Notes under the pieces: model-generated | Told to the model about the DNA's origin: nothing | Database searches by the model: none | The model's input: the letters and a program-made list of their open reading frames with translations, nothing else | NCBI GenBank assembly: GCA_949358305.1 | Contig: OX442314.1 | Coordinates: 9,052,001 to 9,116,000 of the forward strand | Direction: 5' to 3' | Length of the DNA: 64,000 nucleotides | From: Strigamia acuminata | Taxonomy: Eukaryota | In this document: in pieces, positions 40,765 through 52,827 of the stretch | How the letters are laid out: each line of letters begins with the position of its first letter | How positions within the stretch are numbered: position 1 is the first letter of the stretch | Program-made: the position numbers and the translations under genes

Positions 40765-41497
40765 CCATGCTGGAGACATCGGAAACTTCAATTTCCGGTT
40801 CCTCAGCCTGGTACCAATGGCGAAGATCCGACACATGAATAGGTTGGGAAATTTTCCCGTCTTGGTCCATCAGGAGCACGGTATTTGGTCCCAGGAGTCG
40901 ATGAATCATATAAACCCCTTCAGTTCGGTGTTGGAAACCCGAACTTATTTGTTTATCAGTTGATGACAAAACACGACTTTTGACGGTGACCCAGTCCCCA
41001 GGTTTAAACGTATGGGGCAGCCTTTTTCGGTCATACCAACGCTTATGGCGTAGATGTGCGGCATCCAGATTTTTCCTCGCCTCCTCACGGATGCGTAATA
41101 AGTATCGATGAAGAAAACGCGATTCATCTGGCGGTAAGGGTTCTCCGTCGTCAGTGTCAGAGTCGACATCTCCTGGAAAACGTGCTTCTTGTCCTGTGAC
41201 CATCATGTAAGGTGAAAATTTGAGTGAGGTCTGATAAGCAGTATTAATTGCTAAAATGAAAGAACCAATGTGCTTATCCCAACGCGTATGTTCGTCTATA
41301 TACGCGAGGATGCACGTTTTTAAAGATTGATTCAGTCTTTCCGCCAAGTTCCCTTGCGGATGATAGGCGGAAATATATTTATTTACCATTCCCATTTCGG
41401 CGCACTGTGCCTGGAACTTGGCAGAGCGAAAGGTTGGGGCGTTATCACTTATTATAGTTTTTGGATAAGCCCATCTATAAGTGAACTCTTTAAGTTG
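40765..41497 (-). pseudogene. pol: Element X integrase, C-terminal half
   Basis: Removing Y restores TVKQ|LKEFTYRWAYPKTIISDNAP...YHPQGNLAERLN (DDE core) and EGVY (GPY/F-like) module. Confidence 0.92.
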
Positions 41498-42169
41498 TGT
41501 TACGAATCAACTTAGATGTTTAATTGATTTGATCTGAATTTACGCGCAAGGTGATGTTAGCGCAAATCAGCGGGCAAAGTTCGTAGATTTACTCTGTTTG
41601 TGCCATCGTCATATGCGGATATCGGACGGTGAATAAACCTAACTCGCTGTAACACACATTATTTATATTCGACGGGCTCAATCTCACGTTGTGGGTCTTT
41701 ACGTTTAAAAAGAATGAGTATGCGCAGTGATATTCGTATGCGGGTGGGCATAGGATGTCACAGGCATGCGAAGGGATAAAAGGTGGGCAAAAAGAGGCGC
41801 TATTAAGTGTTAAATTAGAAGGGGCGCGTGTTAAAGCGCAAAATAAAGATTGACAAACTCAATTCAATCTAAGAGGTGTTAACTCGTTGAAAGAGGTATG
41901 AGAAGTGTGGATTATGGATAAAAGTAGCGACCAGGTAAACATGAGTCATGTGACCAGGTCGATTGGAGTGGGTGAGGGGGTGGAAGGTATAAAATAAGGT
42001 TAATTGTTGGAAATAATAAGATGCGCGCAATGAGGCTGCGCATATATTTAGAGATGATTCATCAATGTTAGATGAAAAGAAAGATTGGGAAAAAATAAGA
42101 AAACTTAAGATTGGGTCAGTCTAAGTTAGAAATGAATAAAAAAGAAGGGTGGGTAACCTGCCCGTGACA
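41498..42169 (-). repeat. Element Y 3' LTR
   Basis: Appears identical to 54848-55519. Confidence 0.97.
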
Positions 42170-42180
42170 TCCCTCCCCCC
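42170..42180 (-). other. Polypurine tract of Y
   Basis: GGGGGGAGGGA immediately before 3' LTR on minus strand. Confidence 0.9.
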
Positions 42181-43553
42181 TTAGGCTTTTATTATTCGAG
42201 ATTTATCGAAGAGAATAAAAGGATAAGAGACAAGGAAAGTCATACAATAATAATGCGCTATGCGCAAAAACTATACAAATTCTCAAAAAATAAATTAAAT
42301 AAATTAAACAACAAAAAAGAATGATGCGCGTCTGCGCAAAGACTTAACAACTTTGTCAAAAATAATGCACGTGGTGCAAAAACTTAACAACTTTGTCAAA
42401 ATAATAAACAAAAGTTAAACAATACCAAATTAAATATCAAAAATCAATTAGATTATTAGAGACAGAGAATTAATAAATCACCATGGCTTTTGAAAATAAA
42501 TTTAAACTAAGATTTTTGTAAAGTCACAATGGTAAATTTTAAATCATTCTACTCGAAATCACAAGACGAACAGGGACGACACAAGGAGGGCGAACACTAA
42601 ACCTAAAGGGGCCGACGATACCTAGGACGGACGAGAGTCTATACACTTTACCCAAACAATTTATAAAATAAAAATTTTAAACACTTTTACTTTTTTGTAT
42701 AAACAAACTTCTGCTTTCTGTATAAAAATCATCGAATAAACAATTTTAAATTAAACAAAAATAAAGAGCCGACACATGAGAATTATCAAGAATCAGGTTG
42801 GGATTTATTAATATCAAATTGGGTATTTATGTTATGGTAGGATGCGCGTAATTGCGCAAAACAAATACAAAATAAAGGTAAGGTACAAAATTATGCAACC
42901 TGCATAAGGTAAGTATGATTTCAGATTAATTAGGAACTTTTAAATGGATGCGCGAAACTTTGCGCAAGGATAATTTAGGTTATTAATTCTATGAATGAAA
43001 TGGAAAATAGAAACATATAAAATATTATAAAACATAACAAATACCCGCGCGCACAATACTACTCGTATTGCCACGGAATTAAATATGTTGATCAGAAAAT
43101 ATCACAAAATTAAATGAAGGGTCAAAAAAGTATCACAATAATCTTGATTAAATGCTAAATATCCATAGAAAAAACATTCATTAAATAAATGAAAACATTG
43201 AATACTGACTTGAATCATTCCAGAATAATTGCGCTAAAAATAACAATGGAAATAAAAATTAAACGAAATTAAATTCCTAAGCTTCGGAAGAAATTATCAT
43301 AATTAAATGAAGATAATTCTGGAATGATTATAGCACAAAAAAAATATCAAAATCATTAAACTAGAATAAATATTTCAATAATATGACTAGAAAATTATCG
43401 AAATCATAATTGCACTTAAATAAAATATAATTGTAGTACTAAAAATCTAATTGTCCGATTCTAAAGCACTAAAAACGTAAAAATAATTAAATAAAAATAT
43501 AAATTATCAGTGAGGATTATCACAATAGAAAACTTGCGCAAAAATAATAACAT

Positions 43554-43916
43554 TTATGATGAAACACTAATAATAATTATTTGTTCTTCAAATCGACACA
43601 TTACCGCTGCCCAAGCTCGTTCCATCAAGTCCTCCAACTCGAGAGATGTTTTACGGAGCGCCTCATCAATGGAATCGCATGGCGGAACGGAAAAATGATG
43701 AAGATTTAAAGATGATAAAGTTTTGTGGATACCATGTAGATATTGGAATGCAGGCCGGCCCAAACTCAACGCACAAATGCGGAGATGTTTTATTAGGGCA
43801 TTTACCAGAGATCCACGATCTGGCGGCGCATTTTGGACACAATTAGAGATGAAAATATGATGAAAACACAAAATAATGATGAATGGTAGGTTGAAGTGCG
43901 CACAAAGTCTTCGCAA
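43554..43916 (-). CDS. Possible small ORF4 of Y (120 aa, non-ATG start)
   Basis: Open frame in an otherwise AT-rich 3' region; no recognisable motif. Confidence 0.2.
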   Translation of the reverse strand: MRRLCAHFNLPFIIILCFHHIFISNCVQNAPPDRGSLVNALIKHLRICALSLGRPAFQYLHGIHKTLSSLNLHHFSVPPCDSIDEALRKTSLELEDLMERAWAAVMCRFEEQIIIISVSS

Positions 43917-44050
43917 ATCACCAGGATCCTCGTATCAAGTCCTTCAACTCAACGCCGAAGCGGAGGAATTTTACGAAACGCCCATTGATGTGATCTCCTG
44001 ACTTCAATTTGCAAAAAACTTGCGCACAAAGTCACGTTTAGGATTGTTGT

Positions 44051-46393
44051 TCACTCGAATTCCAAGGTTTGACGATGTTGAGGATCTCGGAAATAGATTA
44101 ACATATTAAATGCCACTTCTACCACAACACGTCGCGCATCTTGGAATGTACGTGCGCCCTGCCGATTTATTTCGAAAAGACAGTGAGCTAAAAAATATTC
44201 TCCATACCTTCGGTAGAGAAGATGCAACAGCGGATCAGCCTCCGAACGAAACATATGCAAGTCCGCAATGGCTAAAGATCGGAAAAGCTGTCGCTGAGCC
44301 CGAATCGACATATCAAATTGGAGACATCCTTGTTCTCCCTCAGCAAAATTACAACGAATCGTGGTGGGAGGCATCAAGCTTGGAAGAAGTTCCAAAGTTA
44401 TGAATGGTTGGGTTGCATCCCACTCACCTCGTCTTGTGCGGGGGGCAGGAGGCAGGAACACGTATCGATAGACAGTCGAACACCGTATTTCGCGCAATTC
44501 GGCTAAGCGGGTCCGTTCCCGTCGTCGTTTAAACTCATCCTCACTAGCCTCCTCCACTGCTCGTCTATCTGCCCAATGTCGCTCGCCGAGCCGTTCTATC
44601 TCCATCTCATATCTTCGCATATATTCCAGATTTCGTCGCTCGTCGCCTCCCCTTCTATCTACGTGATGTCGGTCGGCGAGTTGTTTCCTCTCCATTTCAT
44701 ACCTTCTTCGGTATTCCGGATTTTGTCGTTCGTCGCCTCCCTCACGTTGCTCACGTCGCCTTAGAACCTGGTGAAGCACTTGGGAGACCTCCTCATGCAT
44801 TACCCATATTAATAACTCCAGCGCATTTACGCGGTCGTAAAGGTCACATTGACTCAAGCGATGCTGAATCTGGTTGGACATGGTACGTATGCGTAGAAGC
44901 ATTTCGTTAAATACTTCTTGAAAATCGGCTTGTAGGATATTAAAATCACGGTCCATCATAAAATTTATCAAAGTTATCCAACCTCGACGCTCCATATAGA
45001 ATCTGGATGGTGAGGAATGCACATCTTGCGCATATACATTTACCTCATATCGGTTCAATAATTCGTAAATAACTTCAAACGTATGCACCGGTTTTGTGCT
45101 AATTCCAGACCTGTCTGTGAATAAATCACAATGAGTAGCTGACGTAGTTGTTGATGTACCATCGCCCAGCTGGGGTTGCGCTGATTCTAGATGCGACCCT
45201 GTCAAGTATAGTCGATCAGAAATAGTTACTGTGCTGTTAGAGGGTATAGTTGCGCTGGTGTTTCCCGGGGGTGCATTTGGTACAACTCGAAAATGAGATA
45301 TAAGGACAGGAATTTTGGATTTTTGCGAAGTCTCACGAGGTACAATCTTTACTGTTGCTCGCCTACTCAGTTCACCTGAGACTGGTCTTCTGGTTGGGGA
45401 TTGTGGCAAATTGACTGTACGCGGATCCCTTGCTTTCTTCTCAGGTCCTTGCGCATTTATAACTTGATCAGGAGGTGTCTCGATGATTACCTCATTGATT
45501 GATCCTAATAATGGCGGAGTAGTACTCAACTCGGATCCACAGTCTCGCACTGGCGGCGTGCTGGCCCGTTCCCGCTCAATCTCCTCGTTTTCCTGTTCTA
45601 TCCTTCCGTCTGATACTGCACTGTCGCATTCACAACATAAATTCAAAGTCAAATCCGGGGATGCAGGTGTCAGGCTAGGTTGCGCTTCAAACCGCGACGA
45701 GGCGCTTGCAAATAACGCATCATCGTCACCACTGCTCCAGCTATCATCAGATTCGACTGGCAAATCCGACAAATGCGCAACAGCCCGCGCAATAGCCTCT
45801 TGAACCTGGTGTACATTACCATCGAGGGTTTCCTGAAGAGATGAAATAACTTCTCGTCCCATTATTGCACGTGTCGACGACTGCTCACGATGTAATGGGT
45901 CCTCAGCCGGTGAATCAAGAAGTTGGGCGATGTTGGTACCAGGGTAAATCCATTGTCGAAGATTAATATGACTTGTCTGCGCCAATCGTCGCGCACGCTG
46001 CCAATACCAGCGGTGTACCGTCTCAAATCGCAGAATTGAAGCCGGACTTCCGTTGAGCGACCTAAACGGCGGAAACGTAACGCCGCCAATATTTATGTTG
46101 TCTTGCCTGCGTCGACGTAACACCCATCCAAAAATCTGTCTCATCCAAACCGCGAATAAATCCCTCGGCAAGTCGCCATTCCCGTTGCACGCTCGACAGG
46201 TGAGAGCGGCTCGCGGCGGGTCCTCCTCCATACCATGGCCTGAGCAGACCGGGCATATCTCGTGGCTCGGAAAACCCGTACCGAATGCTTCTACAAAGGG
46301 TTCCTCGTCCCGATTGGAAGCCATGTTGGTTTCAATATTCGTTGGGAATATAATGCGCCTAAGTTGGTGGAGGCAATGCTTATATAAATACAC
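44051..46393 (-). CDS. Element Y ORF3, 780 aa, unknown function, not Env-like
   Basis: Long open frame in env position; two CxxCxGxG motifs; duplicated 30-aa charged repeat; no evident signal peptide or TM anchor. Confidence 0.85.
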   Translation of the reverse strand: MYLYKHCLHQLRRIIFPTNIETNMASNRDEEPFVEAFGTGFPSHEICPVCSGHGMEEDPPRAALTCRACNGNGDLPRDLFAVWMRQIFGWVLRRRRQDNINIGGVTFPPFRSLNGSPASILRFETVHRWYWQRARRLAQTSHINLRQWIYPGTNIAQLLDSPAEDPLHREQSSTRAIMGREVISSLQETLDGNVHQVQEAIARAVAHLSDLPVESDDSWSSGDDDALFASASSRFEAQPSLTPASPDLTLNLCCECDSAVSDGRIEQENEEIERERASTPPVRDCGSELSTTPPLLGSINEVIIETPPDQVINAQGPEKKARDPRTVNLPQSPTRRPVSGELSRRATVKIVPRETSQKSKIPVLISHFRVVPNAPPGNTSATIPSNSTVTISDRLYLTGSHLESAQPQLGDGTSTTTSATHCDLFTDRSGISTKPVHTFEVIYELLNRYEVNVYAQDVHSSPSRFYMERRGWITLINFMMDRDFNILQADFQEVFNEMLLRIRTMSNQIQHRLSQCDLYDRVNALELLIWVMHEEVSQVLHQVLRRREQREGGDERQNPEYRRRYEMERKQLADRHHVDRRGGDERRNLEYMRRYEMEIERLGERHWADRRAVEEASEDEFKRRRERTRLAELREIRCSTVYRYVFLPPAPRTRRGEWDATQPFITLELLPSLMPPTTIRCNFAEGEQGCLQFDMSIRAQRQLFRSLAIADLHMFRSEADPLLHLLYRRYGEYFLAHCLFEINRQGARTFQDARRVVVEVAFNMLIYFRDPQHRQTLEFE

Positions 46394-47130
46394 AGAACAA
46401 ATAATACGCTTGACAAACGATACTCACAATTATCAAGCGCAACAACACGAACGCGCACAGAACGAAACAAACAACGAGGACTAAAGAATATTCCTAGGAA
46501 TGTAACGAGTCGTAAAACTTTGCTTCGAGAAGCTTCGATGAACGATTGAAAACTCGCACATGTAATAAAGTCGGGTTCGAGGTTAAACACTAACTAATTG
46601 CAATTGAAGGGCGACATTCCGTGTTGGAATTCGGAAGTTAACGAAGGTTGTCTTCGCTCAAAACTCTTGTTTTAAAGTGATTAAATAAGGATGGTGAGAT
46701 AAACAAGTAATAATTCAGAACACAGAATATTAATTTAAATAAAGTGCGCATAAATTATATTGATTGAATAATTTAAATGAATTGTGGAAATAGCCACGTG
46801 CTATTGTTTAGAGGTTAATTGGCGTCGCGCACTCTGGTGACACAAATAGTCCCTGATTGAAATGGACTTAGCCATTTTCGAGTGACCGAATATGAACATA
46901 AAATACATAACACAAAACATTAAATATAAAATATAAAGAAAACATAAAATAACATAAAACATAAAAATTAGGATGAATAAATTTAAAATAAAGGGAAAAA
47001 TAGTTTTTAAACAAAATAGGTAGTAAAGATAGATTTACACCGGATTACACTTGGTTTTTTTTTGTTTTTTTTGTTGTTTCGTTTGTGTTTTCCCTTTTTT
47101 TTTTTATTTAGCTTAAAAAATAGAAGAAAA

Positions 47131-50100
47131 TTACTTAAATGAAAGAAAATAGGCAGAAAAAATATCTAAAGTGTTGACAGCAAAAATTTCAACATGTTTA
47201 TCAATAATTTCAACGTCTTTTAAAGTTAAAAAGTTGGCCTCGGCAAAAAACCAATGTCGCAATTCCACGACATTATAAGGCTGGGTTTTTTGGCCGTTTT
47301 CATCCATTAGGATTACTGTATTGGGGCCCACCAATCTATGTATAATATATACACCTTCAGTCCGTTGGCGTAAACCTGCTGCGAATTGTTTATCGGCAGA
47401 TGAAGGTTGCCGATTGCGCAAAGTTACCCAGTCGCCAGGACGGAAGTCATGGGGGCGCCGTTTTAAATCGAACCATTTTTTGTGTCGAATTTGGGACTCG
47501 CGCAAGTTGTTAATCGCGCTTTCTCGCATTCTACGCATATGTTCGTGCAAGTTTTCAGCTTCCACGGGCGGCAACGGTTCTCCGTCATCCGTGTCGCTAT
47601 CCAGGTCGCCCGGAAATCGAGCTTCCTGGCCTGTTACCATTTTAAAGGGTGAATACTTTAAAGAAATTTGATACGCTGAATTAATCGCGAGCACGAAATA
47701 GCCAATGTTGACGTCCCATCTAGTATGGTCATCATCAATATATGCTAATATACAGTTCTTTAATGATTGGTTAAGCCTTTCCGCAATATTACCTTGCGGG
47801 TGGTATGCGGCGGTATATCTATTTATTGCGCCAAGTTGCTGGATTTGGCTACGAAATTCTGGTGAGCGAAAAGCAGGCGCATTATCGCTGATAATTATTT
47901 TGGGAAAACCCCATCTTTTGCAGAATTTCTGAATTTGTTTCACCGTAGTGGCTATATTTGAGTTTTCGGTTAGACGTACGTCTAACCATCGGCTAGCAGA
48001 GTCGACCATCACAAAGGCATAGCAATGTCCCTCTGTGGATCGAGGTTTCTTGCCGTAATAGTCGATGTAGATAGCGGAGAAAAGATGGCGCGATCTGGAC
48101 ATTATCATTTTTCCATATGGGAGCCTGTTAAGGGGTTTAGCTCTTTGACACGCTTCGCAAACCTGTATCCATGTTCGAATATCTTCGCGCATTTTTGGCC
48201 AAAATACGCGCGATTTAATGCGATGGAGTGTTCGTTCTTGCCCCATATGTCCAACTACGGGAGGATAGTGCATTGCGCGGAAATATCTTTCTCTGAGTTC
48301 AAATGGGAGATATATTTGGCGCCTCTTTCTAATTTCATTAATATGGACAGGAGGGAAGCGACATAACATCTCTTTATACATGCCGAAATCTTGCGCGTCA
48401 GCCACAATTTTAGCAGCTTCGTCCGGATCAAGTGGTAACATTTGGGCAGTTAAATAAAATATCAACTCACGCGACCAGGGATCCTGTCTTTGCGCAGCAA
48501 TGATTTCAGCAGCAGTAGGCAACAGCTCGAACGGAGGATGTTCGATTGGTGGATCGTGCTCCAATTCGGCTTGCTTCTCTGCTTCAGTCCTTGAATCTTC
48601 AATTACTGTCCTTTCTCGTCGCGGACGCAATCTCGACGGAGTTCTTTGCGCTGATGCTGGAGGCGCAGAATAATTCCTTGTTGGTGGTGACATGTCACGA
48701 ATGGGTCCAAAACTGTCCTCCGATGATGCAGAGTCAGAATCCGGGTCCGAAGTATATCCCTCTGGCCTTTGCTGTCCTGATGGTCCCGCCGCATCATCAT
48801 ACATTCTTGGTTCAGAAGGTTGACGCGGAGAAATGACAGGAAAATCAGTGATAGGAATTGAAGGAGTTGGGGAAGGAGTTGGTAAATCTGGAATTTCAGG
48901 AGAAGGTCTTGGAATGGGCCTTCGATGGCTATCGGATTGAATTATTGGTGCAGGAACTCCAGTTATGCGACGGAAATTTCGTCGTATTTTATCCACCAAA
49001 GTTCCAGGTGTCGGCAATTGTGATGGTGCCGAAGCAGTCTTTTTTCTAAAACTAGACGGATTTATTGGCGCAGGAATTCTGGTTGGAATAATTGCCGAAG
49101 GAGGAATGGAACTAGGAATAGGAGTGGATATTGGAGTTGCAGGAGGGGTAGGAATAGGTAAGGGTGGTGGAATTAAAACTGATTTAGATTTGGGTTTCAC
49201 CACATGGGAAGGAATAGCGGATTTACGTCGCACTGCCTTCAACTTTCCTACTTGCTGTGATTTCAATAACTTTGGAAATGTCCACTTTTTAATAGTTCCC
49301 GCATACCTGGGTGGTAGCCATGGTGGTGATTTAGGAATCAAAGATGGATCCTTTAATCTAGCCCGAGTTCGTGTGGCTATTGCTCGTTTAGCATGAGGAG
49401 ATAAAATTGGTATAATATCAATTTTACGTGGTCTTCCTCGTTTCTTTATCAGAATTGGGATTAAAGAGCGCTGTCGGCGGGTTCGTAAAGGCACTGAAAC
49501 ACGAACTGGTGATAAATTAGGAGTTCTCACTTGTGAGGTTGGTTGCGCAACTGGAATTGATGCATTTGGTGTTGCAGTTGGTTGCACAATTGGCGTTAGT
49601 GCAACTGGAGGGATTGTAACCGGCGGTGCCCTCGTTGGAGGAGTAGCTACGCCAGTAGAAGATGGAATTTGCGCACCCGAAGTCGGCGCATTTCCAGTCA
49701 CTTTCCCTTTACCAGTTGGTCGAGGAATAAGAGATTTTTTCTTATTTTTCTTCTTAGTCGGTGAAGATGCTGCAATGAGAGGCACTTTTTTAAATGTAGA
49801 TTTAAACAACTTTCGAAACTGCAAATTAATGTCTTTTGGCAATTCCTTGATGATATTAAGTGCCGGCCACTCGTTGCAATCATCAAAATAGGCAAGGTAA
49901 CATGCCTCGTCGACCTCCGGGCTATCATCCTCATCATCGACTTCAGGTGGGTCGACAGGAGCTCGACTTAGTGCATCCGCTACCTTATTTTTGCATCCTG
50001 AACAGTGCAAAAACGTGAATTTATAATCACTTAACGATAGCACCCAACGGGCCAAACGTCCAGTTGGTTCCCTTTGCTGAAATAACCACTTAAGAGATTG

Positions 50101-52827
50101 ATGGTCGCTCTCGAGGTAGAATGGCATCATCTCGAGGTATGCACGAAAGCGTTTGACACCCCAAACCGCGGCCAAACATTCGATTTCGGTTACTTTATAG
50201 TTCTTTTCAGCGCTGTTTAATGCGCGAGAGGCAAATGCGATTGGAATTCTCACACCTTCATCGTTAAGTTGCATTAAAGCAGCACCTAATCCAGAATAAC
50301 TAGCATCGGTCTGCAGTATAAATGGTTTTTTCCAACTGGGAAAACGTCTTTTCAGTGTTGGTATCGCAATCTGGTCTTTCAGATATTCGAACGCCAATTG
50401 CTGCGCATCTGTCCAAATCCAAGTTGCGTCCTTTTTAAGCAATGGTCGGAAAACTTCGCTAATTTTAGAAAAATTTGCAATGAATGATTGGTAATAACCT
50501 ACCATGCCCTTAAATCGTTGTAATTCGCGCAAATTGGTTGGCGCAGGATAATTTTGAATAGCAACCACTTTCTTTGGATTTGGTGTAATCTGGCCAGATT
50601 CCACGATGTGTCCCAAAACCTCGAGTCTTTTTTGACAAAGCTCAGTCTTGTTGGCGTTCATGGTGAATCCAGCGTTGAACAATTCCTCTAAAACGAGGCG
50701 CAAATGTTGCACGTGTTCCTCGAAAGTTCGGCTAAAAATAATCACGTCATCAATATACACAAATACAAATTTGTAAAGATATTTCGCAAGAGTCTTATTC
50801 ATCGCTCGTTGGAGGGTAGCGGGTCCGTTGATAGGTCCGAAAGGCATGCGCACATATTCGAATAAACCTCGATGTGTTATAAAAGCTAAATACCGTTCGT
50901 CACCTTTGCGCACGCCGATCTGATGGAAAGCTTCGCGTCCGTCGATTATCGAAAACCAATGCGCACCTCCCAAATATGCAAAGATGTTATCAATGTCCGG
51001 AAGGGGGTAAACGTCCGGAATTGTTTGCGCATTAATGGGGCGAAAATCCATAGCAGTTCTCCATTCACCTGTCTTCTTGGGTACGACGACTGGAGCAACA
51101 GCGCAATCACTTTGGGATCGCCGAATAATACCTTGCTGCAGCTTTTTGTCGATATATTTATCAATTATCGCCTTTTTCGCAGGGTTTACCGGGCGCACAG
51201 GGACATGAATTGGACGAAAATCCGGTTTCAGGTTCACCTCGTACTCGGTGTTATTACATAAACCAATTTCTTCGCGAAAGATTTGCGAAATGGGCTGCAA
51301 TGTTTTGATTAATAGTTTTATCTGTGGCACTGTCAATTGGTTCCACAACTGGTGGTAAATCCAATCTAAATCGGTCGGATCTCCACTAGGTTGGTACTGC
51401 AAAAAATTAATGTCATTAATGTTCATTTTAGAGTTATTCCCACCATTGTCAGGTTGCGCAATCGAAAAGATGTTGATTTTCGACTCCTTCTTGGCATTGA
51501 TGTCTTTAGCACGTTGCGCAACGAGTTGTTTGGCAATTGGACGAATAACATTGATTTTTCGTCGTAAACGTCGTAATCGTCGGAACTGACTCAAAGTTAA
51601 TTTACGTAAAATTGTCTTTTTTAAATTGGAGGAAATTTTAGAAGTTTCTTTCCTCTTTGGGGACCAAATATTCGACCATTTGCGTTGCGCACGATGTCGA
51701 ACTTGTTTAACTCGATACTGCGCATCGTCATGTGGATACTCGAATATTTCTTGTTGCAAGGGTCTATGCGCCAGGAGGAGGCAGTTAATTTCACTCACCG
51801 GATCCGGTTTCCTTAGTATTTTCGTCGGAACGATCTCACTAATGGCCGCCGGTGGGTTGGATGGATCCTGCGTTTCTTCCGGCGCAAATGGCAAAACCAG
51901 AATTGACTCTGACTTTTTTGCTTCTTCATAAGTCATGAATTTGCGAATCTCATTTGAGCCCACCATGCTCCACTGTTGTCTCGCATGGTCGATGTCGATT
52001 CCGGCCGCTGTGCAGAAATCACGTCCAAGGAGCATATCCATTTTGGCATCGGGTAAAACCATGCAAATGAATTTTATTATGCCTATTGGGGCGCGCAAAG
52101 CGAGCTGCATCGATTTGGTGGAATCCACTATGTCACCAGACGCGACCTGCACCCGCTCGTGGAGATTCACAAAGTCCAAACCCATTTTTTCGTGTAGTTG
52201 TTGGAACACGTCCTCACTCATTACACACGTTTGTGCGCCTGAGTCTAGAAGCGCAGTACAAGCTACATTAGCCCAGGAAATCTTTACGCAAGGTGCTTTC
52301 TTGCACAAACGATCCCCGCGCGTTATCTCAATGATGGGTTCTTGAGTTTCTTTAAGTTCCTCTGGCGTTAACATTACGAAAGATACCTTCATAGGAGAGA
52401 TCACTTCCTTTGGAGCCTCAGTCGTTGTTGCACTGGAAGTAGACTTAATTATTGGTAAAGTTTTAGTAATTTTACTCACTATTGTCACTTTCGGGTTTTT
52501 CTTCGAAATTACAGGTTGCAAATCTGTTAATTTCGGCAATTCGTCCTTTACAGCTTCAGGAACGGCAGTCTGCAGATCTGACGCCTTTGTAGCTGAGGTG
52601 ATGATGGAAGATGATGAAGAAATAACACTACTTACAGGTTTATACTCTGAAAGAGTAATAACAGTAGGAGATGTTGTTGAATTAACCTGTGAAGGATCGT
52701 CCTCTTTCAAGTTAATTAAAGGTGAAGCGCGTCGTTTGGATTTCAGACGTTTTGCGCGAAGGGCCGGTCGACTCATTTGCGGCCTGGTTCCACCGGCTTC
52801 CCGAACTTCAGGCCTTCGGAGTTTTCC
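47131..52827 (-). CDS. pol: Element Y Pol (protease, RT, RNase H, long linker, integrase)
   Basis: LLDSGA; YIDD; LQTDAS; HHCC (H..GHMG..CEAC); YIDY/SDNA/AER DDE. Confidence 0.97.
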   Translation of the reverse strand, partial: GKLRRPEVREAGGTRPQMSRPALRAKRLKSKRRASPLINLKEDDPSQVNSTTSPTVITLSEYKPVSSVISSSSSIITSATKASDLQTAVPEAVKDELPKLTDLQPVISKKNPKVTIVSKITKTLPIIKSTSSATTTEAPKEVISPMKVSFVMLTPEELKETQEPIIEITRGDRLCKKAPCVKISWANVACTALLDSGAQTCVMSEDVFQQLHEKMGLDFVNLHERVQVASGDIVDSTKSMQLALRAPIGIIKFICMVLPDAKMDMLLGRDFCTAAGIDIDHARQQWSMVGSNEIRKFMTYEEAKKSESILVLPFAPEETQDPSNPPAAISEIVPTKILRKPDPVSEINCLLLAHRPLQQEIFEYPHDDAQYRVKQVRHRAQRKWSNIWSPKRKETSKISSNLKKTILRKLTLSQFRRLRRLRRKINVIRPIAKQLVAQRAKDINAKKESKINIFSIAQPDNGGNNSKMNINDINFLQYQPSGDPTDLDWIYHQLWNQLTVPQIKLLIKTLQPISQIFREEIGLCNNTEYEVNLKPDFRPIHVPVRPVNPAKKAIIDKYIDKKLQQGIIRRSQSDCAVAPVVVPKKTGEWRTAMDFRPINAQTIPDVYPLPDIDNIFAYLGGAHWFSIIDGREAFHQIGVRKGDERYLAFITHRGLFEYVRMPFGPINGPATLQRAMNKTLAKYLYKFVFVYIDDVIIFSRTFEEHVQHLRLVLEELFNAGFTMNANKTELCQKRLEVLGHIVESGQITPNPKKVVAIQNYPAPTNLRELQRFKGMVGYYQSFIANFSKISEVFRPLLKKDATWIWTDAQQLAFEYLKDQIAIPTLKRRFPSWKKPFILQTDASYSGLGAALMQLNDEGVRIPIAFASRALNSAEKNYKVTEIECLAAVWGVKRFRAYLEMMPFYLESDHQSLKWLFQQREPTGRLARWVLSLSDYKFTFLHCSGCKNKVADALSRAPVDPPEVDDEDDSPEVDEACYLAYFDDCNEWPALNIIKELPKDINLQFRKLFKSTFKKVPLIAASSPTKKKNKKKSLIPRPTGKGKVTGNAPTSGAQIPSSTGVATPPTRAPPVTIPPVALTPIVQPTATPNASIPVAQPTSQVRTPNLSPVRVSVPLRTRRQRSLIPILIKKRGRPRKIDIIPILSPHAKRAIATRTRARLKDPSLIPKSPPWLPPRYAGTIKKWTFPKLLKSQQVGKLKAVRRKSAIPSHVVKPKSKSVLIPPPLPIPTPPATPISTPIPSSIPPSAIIPTRIPAPINPSSFRKKTASAPSQLPTPGTLVDKIRRNFRRITGVPAPIIQSDSHRRPIPRPSPEIPDLPTPSPTPSIPITDFPVISPRQPSEPRMYDDAAGPSGQQRPEGYTSDPDSDSASSEDSFGPIRDMSPPTRNYSAPPASAQRTPSRLRPRRERTVIEDSRTEAEKQAELEHDPPIEHPPFELLPTAAEIIAAQRQDPWSRELIFYLTAQMLPLDPDEAAKIVADAQDFGMYKEMLCRFPPVHINEIRKRRQIYLPFELRERYFRAMHYPPVVGHMGQERTLHRIKSRVFWPKMREDIRTWIQVCEACQRAKPLNRLPYGKMIMSRSRHLFSAIYIDYYGKKPRSTEGHCYAFVMVDSASRWLDVRLTENSNIATTVKQIQKFCKRWGFPKIIISDNAPAFRSPEFRSQIQQLGAINRYTAAYHPQGNIAERLNQSLKNCILAYIDDDHTRWDVNIGYFVLAINSAYQISLKYSPFKMVTGQEARFPGDLDSDTDDGEPLPPVEAENLHEHMRRMRESAINNLRESQIRHKKWFDLKRRPHDFRPGDWVTLRNRQPSSADKQFAAGLRQRTEGVYIIHRLVGPNTVILMDENGQKTQPYNVVELRHWFFAEANFLTLKDVEIIDKHVEIFAVNTLDIFSAYFLSFK

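Noticed and set aside
40460..41395. 311-aa ORF as a genuine fusion gene
   Set aside because: Integrase remnant reading through TTAA into the terminal repeat by chance
44051..46393. ORF3 as envelope protein
   Set aside because: No signal peptide or hydrophobic transmembrane anchor visible
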